Numbered from the whole stretch's first letter, positions 46,525-58,240 are shown. The stretch is 63,384 nucleotides of DNA, filler included, from Asterionella formosa (GCA_002256025.1; 17 parts of 17 records of this genome joined end to end with filler, not necessarily neighbours in it); one strand, 5' to 3'. Numbers and translations: made by a program. Notes: generated by a model from the letters alone, not told the origin.

Positions 46525-48030
46525 NNNNNNNNNNNNNNNNNNNNNNNNNNNNNNNNNNNNNNNNNNNNTTAATTAATTAANNNNNNNNNNNNNNNNNNNN
46601 NNNNNNNNNNNNNNNNNNNNNNNNTGAGACATACAAATTGAATTTTGGTATCCTGATGATACGTGCAATACGAGACAGGTCCTACATTTCTTCTGCTTTG
46701 TTGTTTTGTCGTGCGTCTCGACTACCGTTATGGTCAGACGTTAAACGGCGTTCAAATATCATCCCGTTCCTACCGGTATTGTTAACGACCACGATATACC
46801 AATTGCAGCGGTACTCATACGTACCCTGGTACTAAACATGGCACCAGGTACCTGGTACCTGGCACCAGTATGTGACGAAGGGCACGCTGGTATCATAATT
46901 GAAAAGAGTGGAAGAATCTACCACGGTTTTGAGGATCATGCCAATACATTTGTAAATACCGGTAGACTACGGTAGTCTGCCATGCATGGAAATACCGGGA
47001 GGTAGTCTACCGGTACGGTATGCATATTAATAACATTGCGCATATAGAAATATACGTAGTAATCCAGTCGTAGAAACATCCTGGTACATTGCACACTCGC
47101 CGCCCGTCAATACAGGGGTAGCGGGCGGGATACTAACGGGAAAATTCACGCCGTTGCACTCTATCATTGAATACTATAGCATTTATTTAGACATTCCGCA
47201 CATAGCATAATAATTTAAAAATGAACTTTACACGTCTCTATACTAACTATGTACCTGGTACCGGTATATATTCTATGTACTACACATCGCAAAGGAAACT
47301 CAACAACCGCCACTCCTAACAAACAGTAAATACATACAATCAGGCATACATAGCGGGAAGTTGGGGTCATTTTGCAAAAATAAACAATTTTATATTTTGG
47401 ATAAAAAGAGTCTCAGCACAATTACCGCAACGTGCGCTCCCAGTAGTTAGTACGTAGTGCCGACATCGTACATACCGCCCAGTACACTTCTACGTATTGT
47501 TGATAAAATTGACAATAATTCCGGCACCACAGGTATGCGGCACGTTTTGAGGTTTCTGCCCCGCAGTTCCACATTGCGAGGTCTGCATTTTGCCAAAGCA
47601 AATACCGGTATGATGTACATAAATCCACAAATGACGCAGAGCTAAATAAAATAGTAAAATGTAAAATTAACTTTCACCAATACGCCCGACCACTTTGAAT
47701 CTGCTTAGATACAGTACCTGGTACGGTAGGTCGGTGAAAGTTTACTGCAAAGCAGTGTGTGTGCATACCATTCTGAAGTATTGGATAGTACCTACTGGTC
47801 TAGCTTGCAAGTATTCTACTACGTAGGAATCTTACAGAAAATCCGGCATGTCTTGTGAAGCCATGGAGTCCAAAATTCCTCTTGGTGCTGATGTACCGGT
47901 ATTCTAACAACACCAAAAATGAAAAAAAAANNNNNNNNNNNNNNNNNNNNNNNNNNNNNNNNNNNNNNNNNNNNTTAATTAATTAANNNNNNNNNNNNNN
48001 NNNNNNNNNNNNNNNNNNNNNNNNNNNNNN

Positions 48031-49200
48031 ATCCCCTTTCCCAAAGCACTTGAACTAATCCCTTCGATTTTCCTTCCCAACCTTCCTTGACCCTTGAAAT
48101 TTGTGTCGATGTTGGCACTTGATATTGTGGACAGAGGAACACCAGATCGCTTTTATTCTTCCCTTTAGTATTGGCTCCCTTAGCAGCAAGATCGAATATT
48201 AATTGGGCACGACTTCTTTGAATTTCTTTGGGTACTCCAATGATGGTATCATGTCGACTTGCTTCTTGTTCAGCAGGAGTCATCCAACATGGGCCCACAT
48301 CATCAGGTTGGAATGTGAGGTGCTGTGTTTGACCAGGCTGTAATTTTCTTTGAAAGGGGCCAAGGAATCCTGCTTCTTGTTCAATGATTGTCGATCGCAT
48401 GGGCAACCCCTTTCCACCAAAGGTTTTTTCATCCTGATTGAACTCAATCCATCAGGTCTATGTTTGCTGTGTCCACTTGAATGGTCAAATAGATAAACAA
48501 ACTTATAGTGTGGATGCATCACTTTTAGTACATCAATTGTGTCTTCGAATTGACACACCATGTGATTGTAATTCCAGTAGCCATCTCGATTTTCTCCATA
48601 ATCAAAGTAGACCAAGAATGGAGAATTGTTTTTTGTCAATGGCTTCTTCTTTTTGGTCCCATGTACGTCAATTGCAGCTTCCTCATCTGCATAACTTGCT
48701 CCAAGTCTATTGGCATTGACCGTTGTAAGAATATAGTCATTGATTTCTCTTATCAAGCCATGCTCTCGAGTGATAAATGAACTGATCATTACTCCAGAAC
48801 CCTCATCTTTTGGTAGTAGGGGTCTCTCGCCATTCGGACCTGTCCACATCTTGGAATTCAACAAGAATTGTTTGAATATTGCTTCATCCTGTCCAACAAT
48901 CATAACAGTTTGCTCGTCATTTTTCTTTCGCACACTACAATTGCCTCCCATTGGAAGATCCGGTGAGGTATCAAAGTTGTCTGCATGATATTCTACCATA
49001 GAGGTTCCATCATGGTCACTGTAATGAAATCCAGTATTCTTGACAACTAAACCTTGTGACTCTAGAAGTTTAGATTTTTCTGCTGTAAAATGTACCTACC
49101 TTGGAGCGTTAACCTCTTTCTTGAAGTATTCAGCAATGAAAATTCGACGGTAGGCTAAGGTGTCTGCCTTCTCATGACCATCGACAAAGTAATGTTTGCC
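48031..49200 (-). mobile_element. Pseudogenised DDE transposase, IS630-Tc1-mariner-like
   Basis: YFVDGHE, IVGQDEAIF, PKDEGSGVMISSF, DGYW, FDHSSGH, KGLVQVLWERG; one in-frame stop and one frameshift near 48415. Superfamily assignment from memory of motifs. Confidence 0.75.
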
Positions 49201-50834
49201 AGTTGCCAATGCCACCTTCCAAGAGTCCTCACATTGGAGTAGGCTTCTAATCCAAGATCATTCATAACTCCAATTGAATATTGGAGGCACTGCTGCCAGG
49301 TCCATCTGGTTTCCCCAATTTCCTTCTGAACAAACNNNNNNNNNNNNNNNNNNNNNNNNNNNNNNNNNNNNNNNNNNNNTTAATTAATTAANNNNNNNNN
49401 NNNNNNNNNNNNNNNNNNNNNNNNNNNNNNNNNNNAGATGAAGGCATTGAGTAACCTGGGCCTGTGAAGCCGAAGGATAAAGAAAAATCTATGACAAGGG
49501 TGGTGAGATAGTGTTTAGAAGGGGGGAGCAAAAGATATCATAGCTGAACGCATTCGAAACTTGTATAGACAATAAATGGTGACATGCCATGGCTGCTCTT
49601 GGCTGACAGCTGCCAAGTCAAGTACAAACACAACGAGCGAGGGTGCACAAAAGACAGTCCATCGACTGGCTGATACATAGTTTTGAGACTCACCATTCTC
49701 CAATGGGGTGGACTTTGATCATTGCTTCGTTCAAAGCACAATCAATTCGAATGCTGTCCAGTGAAACAGCCAATGAAAACAATTGTGGCGAAAAAGTGCA
49801 GAACAGATCAAGAGATTTCATAGGAAGTAAAATAACACAGGGCATATTCGATGCACTGCTCCTTGTGTAGACTAGCTATATTTGATCATTTCCATATTTC
49901 ATACTATACAGGTGCATGGATGACTCCTCCCGCCCTTTCATTAGATATGCAGCCATGTTGCGATAATTCTACAGGACCTACAGGATTTCTTTCAATAATT
50001 CAGTATGCGAATCTTTATGTGCCAGTTGTTCAATAATTCATTATAAATACAGCAGCATGACAAACAGCACGCCAAGGCACACTAACAACTCATGATTTAC
50101 GGAGCCCTGTTATCATATGACATTAACACAGAATCAGAAAGCAAGCAACAATACTCAATCCTGGATTTCATCCGAATGCTCCTGAATTGAAAGAGCTTGC
50201 TGCAATGTCAATTGAATCCTTGACTCAAATAAAAGAACTCTGCAATACAGTTGAATGGTGAGTGTGTTCTTGTTGTTTACCTAAATGCTAGTATGGCTTG
50301 TCAGCCAGCTCACGCATTGTTGTTGACAACAGGCAGGGACAATGAGGTCCGGAATGAAATGTGTGTTGCTTTCTGCTGTTGCTAGTTCTATCATATACAT
50401 TACTGACACACTGTTGTTATGAAAATCTCTGCAGGTCAATGAAGAAGCAAGCCATTTCAAGTACAAGAAGGAAATCAGTGTGTGAGGATGCATTCATGTT
50501 GCAACTTCGTAGAATGATGCCTGTTCAAGAGTGAATAATTTCCCCCTTCTGAACGAATAGCTTCTCCTCGTCTTGCAATGTCCTTACAGATGTCTCATAA
50601 TGCCTGCCTTCTCAAGACTGAAGATTCCATTCTGATAGAACAGCTTTGTTTGATTGCATATCGAGATTTGTTTCCCATGTAATGTGAAATACCGGTTGTT
50701 GAATTAGTAATCAACATTATTTGATAGTACTTTTNNNNNNNNNNNNNNNNNNNNNNNNNNNNNNNNNNNNNNNNNNNNTTAATTAATTAANNNNNNNNNN
50801 NNNNNNNNNNNNNNNNNNNNNNNNNNNNNNNNNN

Positions 50835-52014
50835 AATTAAGTCGTACGCAACGCCGGGTGTACCAGGAAAGACATTGAACAAGAATGACGGTGAAGTCAT
50901 TATGGAAGGAGAATATCGAAAAATTGTGGGCAAGTTACTATGATCTACAAAGAAGGATTCGCCGGACTGTGCGAATGCGGTGCGGGAACTATCGGCTCAT
51001 TTAAGTTGCCCAGGTGAAGAACAATGGCATGCAGTGCCAAGAGTCATTGGTTACCTATCCAATATGGAGGATAGAGTTCTCAAGTTGCGTAAGCCAAAAG
51101 AGTTAAGAGTCATTGCCTACGTGGACAGTGACTGGGCTGCTAATAAGGTTAACAGGAAGAGCACGACTGGCTATCTTGTTACTATTGGCGGGGCACTTAT
51201 CAGTTGGCAGTCGAAGGGACAACAAACGGTTACGCTGTCCAGTACGGAAGCCGAGTATGTGGCGATGTCCCAGTGTGGACAAGAGATCAAGTTTATAGCA
51301 ATGCTACTGAATGAGGTTACTGGTGGAAAGGTCATGTTACCAAGTATCCTACGAGAAGACAATACAGGAGCTATTTTTATCGCGAAGAATCAGCAAATCG
51401 GAACCAGGACAAAACATATTGATATTAAGTATCATCATGTAAAGGACATGATTGAGGATGAAGAATTGGAAGTCATTTTTATAAGGTCGGAAGATAATTT
51501 TGCGGACATTATGACCAAGAACGTGAAGGAACAGATTCATACGAGATTGTCCGAACCAGTTCAGAGTGGAACGATGTTACAGCCTCTTGAGCGTGGCAAT
51601 GGGGAGGATGTCAAGAATATTAGCCCGAGTCACAAGGATTGTGGACTCGATTGTAATCGAACGAGTCGAATATTGCATTGCCACGTCAATCAGCTGTCTA
51701 ACGAGATCAGAGATTGAAGATTTCTATGGAAATGTTAAGTGGAAACTCGAAGAGAGTCTTAGAATGACTTTGCAGGAAGCAAAGATGCATGGAAAGGAAA
51801 CATTTAGTTTAGCTTATAATTTAATTTGAGATTTAGATTATCAACCGAGGAAACAGTGTGTTAATTGACAGGAAGGTCAATTAGTCTATCTAGCAGGAAG
51901 GCTAGAAGCAGAGACAAGAGAGAAAGTGAGTGGTACTAGGTAGTACTACGATCACGTAAGAGTCTACGTGAAGAGAGACCCAACCCGCGGGAAGGAGTAC
52001 GGACCATTTCAACA
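50835..52014 (+). mobile_element. Copia 3' end, copy 1: RT end, RNase H, PPT, 406-bp 3' LTR (51609-52014)
   Basis: YVDSDWA, SSTEAEY, EDNTGA, TKHID, ADIMTK; PPT GGGGAGGA then TG...CA; premature TGA at 50941. Confidence 0.95.
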
Positions 52015-52240
52015 TGGCTTTGCTGAACTTTATTTTCTCATATACCCAGTATACAGGTATGTATCCAGTTAAGAAAAGTATCCATAAGAATTGTCTCGTC
52101 AGAGCAAACCCTCAGCCGCCAGGCGACAGAACAAATAAACNNNNNNNNNNNNNNNNNNNNNNNNNNNNNNNNNNNNNNNNNNNNTTAATTAATTAANNNN
52201 NNNNNNNNNNNNNNNNNNNNNNNNNNNNNNNNNNNNNNNN

Positions 52241-53420
52241 AATTAAGTCGTACGCAACGCCGGGTGTACCAGGAAAGACATTGAACAAGAATGACGGTGA
52301 AGTCATTATGGAAGGAGAATATCGAAAAATTGTGGGCAAGTTACTATGGTCTACAAAGAAGGATTCGCCGGACTGTGCGAATGCGGTTCGGGAACTATCG
52401 GCTCATTTAAGTTGCCCAGGTGAAGAACAATGGCATGCAGTGGCAAGAGTCATTGGTTACCTATCCAATATGGAGGATAGAGTTCTCAAGTTGCGTAAGC
52501 CAAAAGAGTTAAGAGTCATTGCCTACGTGGACAGTGACTGGGCTGCTAATAAGGTTAACAGGAAGAGCACGACTGGCTATCTTGTTACTATTGGCGGGGC
52601 ACTTATCAGTTGGCAGTCGAAGGGACAACAAACGGTTACGCTGTCCAGTACGGAAGCCGAGTATGTGGCGATGTCCCAGTGTGGACAAGAGATCAAGTTT
52701 ATAGCAATGCTACTGAATGAGGTTACTGGTGGTAAGGTCATGTTACCAAGTATCCTACGAGAAGACAATACAGGAGCTATTTTTATCGCGAAGAATCAGC
52801 AAATCGGAACCAGGACAAAACATATTGATATTAAGTATCATCATGTAAAGGACATGATTGAGGATGAAGAATTGGAAGTCATTTTTATAAGGTCGGAAGA
52901 TAATTTTGCGGACATTATGACCAAGAACGTGAAGGAACAGATTCATACGAGATTGTCCGAACCAGTTCAGAGTGGAACGATGTTACAGCCTCTTGAGCGT
53001 GGCAATGGGGAGGATGTCAAGAATATTAGCCCGAGTCACAAGGATTGTGGACTCGATTGTAATCGAACGAGTCGAATATTGCATTGCCACGTCAATCAGC
53101 TGTCTAACGAGATCAGAGATTGAAGATTTCTAAGGAAATGTTAAGTGGAAACTCGAAGAGAGTCTTAGAATGACTTTGCAGGAAGCAAAGATGCATGGAA
53201 AGGAAACATTTAGTTTAGCTTATAATTTAATTTGAGATTTAGATTATCAACCGAGGAAACAGTGTGTTAATTGACAGGAAGGTCAATTAGTCTATCTAGC
53301 AGGAAGGCTAGAAGCAGAGACAAGAGAGAAAGTGAGTGGTACTAGGTAGTACTACGATCACGTAAGAGTCTACGTGAAGAGAGACCCAACCTGCGGGAAG
53401 GAGTACGGACCATTTCAACA
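52241..53420 (+). mobile_element. Copia 3' end, copy 2: intact RT end, RNase H, PPT, 406-bp 3' LTR (53015-53420)
   Basis: Near-identical to copy 1 up to the terminal CA, then an unrelated flank. Confidence 0.95.
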
Positions 53421-53646
53421 TATTATTACTTATGTGGATTTGACTTGGTATTACCCATCCTTTGACCAAGCAATTCCTGCTCCAGATATCGTCTTGCCAT
53501 TCGGGTACTTCTTCTACAAGGAGTAACTTTTAGGCTCTAAGTAATTNNNNNNNNNNNNNNNNNNNNNNNNNNNNNNNNNNNNNNNNNNNNTTAATTAATT
53601 AANNNNNNNNNNNNNNNNNNNNNNNNNNNNNNNNNNNNNNNNNNNN

Positions 53647-54207
53647 GACCAAGCAGGACTGGCTTTGATAGTTCGGTGTCGGATTGGGGCATTTGTAACT
53701 GTCCCCACCTTGGTGGGGTGGAAGCGAATGCCTCATAGGTATTTGAGGAAGTGTCCATTTTGTGGTATGGAGGAACCAGAAACGCTGGAACACTTAGTGT
53801 TCACGTGTGGTCGGTGGCGTGGTCTACGCACCGAGCCACACATGGCAGAATTGATCGCGAAAGTTCGGACGTTAGGGCCGAATTTCGCCCTCGGTTTTGA
53901 CCAACAACGGTTGGCATGGCTCCTCGGAGGGAGTTGTGATAACCGCTGGGTACATGGATGGATGATGGGTGAACCAACCGGAGTCACAGCACAGCAAAAT
54001 TGTGACTCTTCGGTTGACAGCTCATCATCCGATGGGGACGGTAGCCAGATGGAACGGAACCCGGCAGGGGCCACCACCCTTGCCAGGTTCCTGATGAGCG
54101 TTGTTAGCCTTCGTGCTAACATAATCAGGTCCCGTTGGGGGTCTTACGCAAGTGAGGCATTTGACGGGGTCCCACACACCTCCACGGGCCAACGCCCCGA
54201 CGGGTAG
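53647..54207 (+). mobile_element. Non-LTR retrotransposon ORF C-terminus with CCHC zinc finger (partial)
   Basis: RCRIGAF...CPFCGMEEPETLEHLVFTC..W...LLGG, the C-x2-C-x9-H-x4-C finger that follows RT in LINEs. Confidence 0.8.
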
Positions 54208-54952
54208 GGCAGACCGCGTACTGGTCAAGACTGGGGCTGCACACAGGTTTTTAGTGAGTGAAAGTCTCACACTACCTCGCCCAGGTGAGAGGGGCGGGGT
54301 GCCTCACCGGACACTGGGACATGATTGGATGACGGGGTGCCTCAAACACATTCCTGAACACGTGAGCTGGTGGGAGGAGTTTGAATCCTCCCATGATGCC
54401 CCCCAAGCACCCCACAACGACGGGGCAGGCGGGCAAAGCGGCCGGATAGGTTTTCTCCTGGCGCCTTGGAACAGCCAAAAAAAAAAAAAAAAAACTTGGC
54501 TGTAGTTCTATTACAGAAAAAAATCCGGGTTTCTTCATGTGCAGCGACCCCTCCCCTGGCCAGGAGGGCAGGGGATGTGCCATCAGTAGGCCTGTGGAAG
54601 GAGGCACGGATGTTGCCAATGTGTGCCTTGGCAGGTGAACGTGGTTAAACTATCTCACCGAAATGTGGCAAAACTAGGTGGGTGGGATAGGATTCTTGAT
54701 GCTATGGGTGGCATGCACTGGAGTTCTGTCTCCTACCCCACTCCCACCTGAGTATTCACTATCATGACTACTCGCGGGACCTCTCTCTAAGCCTGGCAGG
54801 TCGAGATGCGGTTCCGGGCACGGGGAGACCAAAAAAGTGCCGAAACAAACACGTGCTTCGACAAATTATAGGAATCGACGGAGTGTCGTTCCACCCGCAG
54901 CTCCTCGGGGGCTGAACCAAGAAATTGGGACAGCTGAATTTGTGCAGGAGAC
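54190..54952 (+). ncRNA. Candidate structured RNA (retroelement UTR or embedded ncRNA)
   Basis: More than a dozen helices visible by eye, several with G-U pairs favouring the + strand; see findings. Confidence 0.5.
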
Positions 54953-55052
54953 NNNNNNNNNNNNNNNNNNNNNNNNNNNNNNNNNNNNNNNNNNNNTTAA
55001 TTAATTAANNNNNNNNNNNNNNNNNNNNNNNNNNNNNNNNNNNNNNNNNNNN

Positions 55053-55409
55053 TGATACACAGTGATCAACGGCTTGATCAGTGATACAGCATTGGTCAGG
55101 GGTCCAAAAACTGTATCAGTGATACACCCATGATACACCGGTGATCAGACCAAAAAAACCGTTGGTGATACACAAAAAAAAACCAAACCGCCATTTTTGT
55201 ATCATATTTCGGCGATGATACACCAATGACAACAAATAAAAGAATGATAAGAACGGCCCTAAATGGCGGTTTGGTTTTTTTTGTGTATCATAAACGGTTT
55301 TTTTGATCTGATCACCAGTGTATCATGGGTGTATCTCTGATACAGTTTTTAGACTCCTGACCAATGCTGTATCACTGATACAGCCGTTGAACACTGTGTA
55401 TCACGCCCG
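55053..55409. mobile_element. Foldback/MITE-like element with ~144-bp inverted arms
   Basis: 55053-55196 is a near reverse complement of 55261-55403, with a 64-bp spacer; many TGATACA/TGTATCA sub-repeats. Left tip lost at the contig edge. Confidence 0.88.
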
Positions 55410-55600
55410 TTGGCACTGATAAAATAACTGTAAATACGCAAGCACAACACTATTAAATATTGCGCCAACTATTTTTTGTTACGTACATACGGTACTGTGT
55501 ATACATTACCTTTCAGCTTCGTGAGTCAAACAAGAATCAGTAGTCCGCTCATCTCTATACCAATCTTCCAACATCGACTATATCTCGATTAATTGGCGCA

Positions 55601-56358
55601 ATGAGCAGCAAAATAGTGGGTACGGCTGAAACTTCTGATGCTGCCTCTATTGGCATTGATTCGGAAGAGAATCAATGCGTTGTAGCTGATGAGGACGTCG
55701 AAGATATTGTTGAGTTGTCTACTGCTGATCCAACCGAGTCATCTACTGCTGGTCCAACCGACATTGATGAGATGGGTCCTCCACCTGAAATGAAAATACC
55801 TCCAACTGCTGACACACTCGATGTTGACGAGATGGGTACTCCACCTGAAATGAAAATGCCTCAAACTGCTGGTACACTCGACGTTGACAAGATGGATCCA
55901 TCCGAAAATAGTGTACCTGCAACTGCTGGTACACTTCTTGACATTAACGAGATGGGTCCCCCTGAAAAGAGGAAACCCTTTCCCGGTTGTCTAGCCAATA
56001 TTGATGAGTTCATCAACTCGCTCATAGTACCAGATGACTTTATCCTGGATGAAAGTGAGCTGGGATTGATTCATATAAAAGGAATTGACATAAAACATAT
56101 ATCTGTCAAGGTACTTCGAAAAATTTGCGTGAGATTTAAAGTGTCAGGGTACAGGAATGGCAAGAAGGACTCCACTATTTCCTTAATTGTCCGTTTACTG
56201 AAAAGAGACTGGCTGGTTGGTCAACTATACCCCCCCTCTACTATGATCACTTATAATGAAGTGATTGGCATCCACAACAACAACAGGAACAATGATGAAT
56301 CTATTATTGAAGATGAAGAAAAGAGTTGTGGCAATGATGATATGGACTCTGATTGTTC
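55601..56358 (+). CDS. Acidic repeat protein with a SAP/HEH-like segment (partial)
   Basis: About four 20-aa repeats (DVDEMGTPPEMKMPQTAGTL), then ISVKVLRKICVRFKVSGYRNGKKDSTISLI; cut by spacer. Confidence 0.6.
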
Positions 56359-56458
56359 NNNNNNNNNNNNNNNNNNNNNNNNNNNNNNNNNNNNNNNNNN
56401 NNTTAATTAATTAANNNNNNNNNNNNNNNNNNNNNNNNNNNNNNNNNNNNNNNNNNNN

Positions 56459-57763
56459 ACCTATTAAATGAACTCGAGCAAGAACATCATCAGTCCATAG
56501 GTGATAGGAATTGCTTGCTCTATCAATGAAACTTGCTTGAGCAAACGCATACAACTTGCATGCCCAACCAATAAACTCCGATGGACCAAGCTTGTTGTTG
56601 AAGTAATCTTCTGTAACACCAACTAAGACAAGAAAATGTTTAGAACCTCGAAGTAGAAGAGTTAAAATGTTTTAACAGTAGAACAAAACATCACGATTGA
56701 CTTAGTTAAAATCGATTTAAAATGATGGTTGAATTTATTTTGTCGTTCTTGCATTTTATTAATGCACATACCTCCAAATGTAGAGTTGATATATTCTAAA
56801 CGTGCTTTGTTTGTACATTCCATTCTATAATTATCCGGAAGTTGTGCATCACTTCCATTTCATATATAGTTTGAAAGTTCAGGATCAATCTCTGCTTCTT
56901 TGCCTGTCTGCTGTTTTAGATGAAATAACCGGGAGATACATCGGTTAGCAAACCAATCTGCATTCACATCCGATATGCCTACGGAGTTGCAACTTGCAGA
57001 TATGGCTGGGTATTTTATAGCCCTTTTGGGAAATGCAAGAATAGGTTTAAGTGACATCCTTTCAGTAAGAAAACATCCATAGTATGTCTGATGTATAGCA
57101 ATACATCACTTACCTGTTCACAGCAAAATTTCTTTGTTTTGAAAATATAACTAACAACTTTAGCGACAACAGAGGGATCCATTTTAGCTGAAAGCAAATG
57201 TCGTGCTGAATTCACTGCGAAAGCAGATGAATCTTCATAACCACGTAAGGATGAAACTTGAACTGAATGTTGCCCTTTGTAGTGATTCAGGTCAGATGAG
57301 ATTTTATAGTAAGAACGAACAAGGTCATTGTGGATTTCTTGAAGACTGGTGTGCTCATCTTTGAGTTTGTTGTGGATTTCTTGAAGACTGATGGGCTCAT
57401 CTTTGAGTTTGTCATACTTCACCTGATCACTTCGATTGCAAAGCTTTTCAAAAACAAAGGTAGGGTGAATATTATGGGTGGTCTCAATAGCAGAAACTTT
57501 TCTTGAACCGGAATCGAGTGAGTCATCATCTTCATTCTTACTGGCAGAATTCAAGACAGAATCTTCGGGAATAGAACGATTGAAACGAGCCTATGTAGTA
57601 TCAGTACTAGTAAAAGGAGGATTTATGTTTGTTGGAATGTACGGCGCCTTTGGTTTGGCACCACCAAAGGCGTCATGAACAGTATACTGTTTCTGCCTTT
57701 TATTAAAATAACTGGTAGGAAAGGTTCCAAAATCAGCTATCACTCGCTTTGTTTGAGCCAAAT
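56459..57763 (-). pseudogene. Disrupted coding-like sequence of unknown identity with a 42-bp tandem duplication
   Basis: Long minus frame broken by one TAG and a frameshift; KLKDEPISLQEIHN / KLKDEHTSLQEIHN repeat. Confidence 0.35.
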
Positions 57764-58240
57764 NNNNNNNNNNNNNNNNNNNNNNNNNNNNNNNNNNNNN
57801 NNNNNNNTTAATTAATTAANNNNNNNNNNNNNNNNNNNNNNNNNNNNNNNNNNNNNNNNNNNNTATCCTTTCGCTTTTATTCGTCCTTCCTGTCTTGTTG
57901 TGCCGCAAAAACACGATTACATGGCATTTTACATAAACGCAATCGTGCTTACTCCTGTGTGGTTGGCTGTTTTTATGTTGAACTGGGCAAAATACACTTA
58001 GCCTATCTGTGTGAAGTCACACTCTAGCTTTTTTGCAATGCTCTATCCTCCTATTGTTTGCCAACATGAGTCGAGCCAAAAAAAATTTGCCCTCCATGAC
58101 AAACAATTATGGCAACAGTGGTTATGGTTTTTGTTACTTTTCGTGAAGCAAAAGCTCACAATTTGACTTTGCCTGAACTGCAAAACAGTTACGCATTGCT
58201 ATTTATCGCCTACCTTCCATAGAACATCTCTTTTTTCAAC

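Noticed and set aside
47099..47137. CCGCCCG/CGGGCGG hairpin plus CTAA as a Helitron 3' end
   Set aside because: Loop is long, the next base is not T, and no 5' TC end was identified.
49436..50734. Short ORFs in this contig (and in 42407-43712)
   Set aside because: No recognisable motifs; probably decayed repeats.
54088..54130. CTGATGA as a hammerhead ribozyme core
   Set aside because: No GAAA after a stem II, and it lies inside the coding frame.
54256..54370. RNase P/MRP-like P4 (GAAAG-T-CTCAC with GTGAGCT at 54362-54368, nearby GAGAG)
   Set aside because: Only about 100 nt apart, no room for P3, and the conserved CR-IV/CR-V flanks are absent; likely chance. cmsearch with RNase P/MRP models would settle it.
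54884..54946. TCCTCG loop as an HDV-like ribozyme
   Set aside because: P1 pairs poorly and the P1.1 GG is missing.
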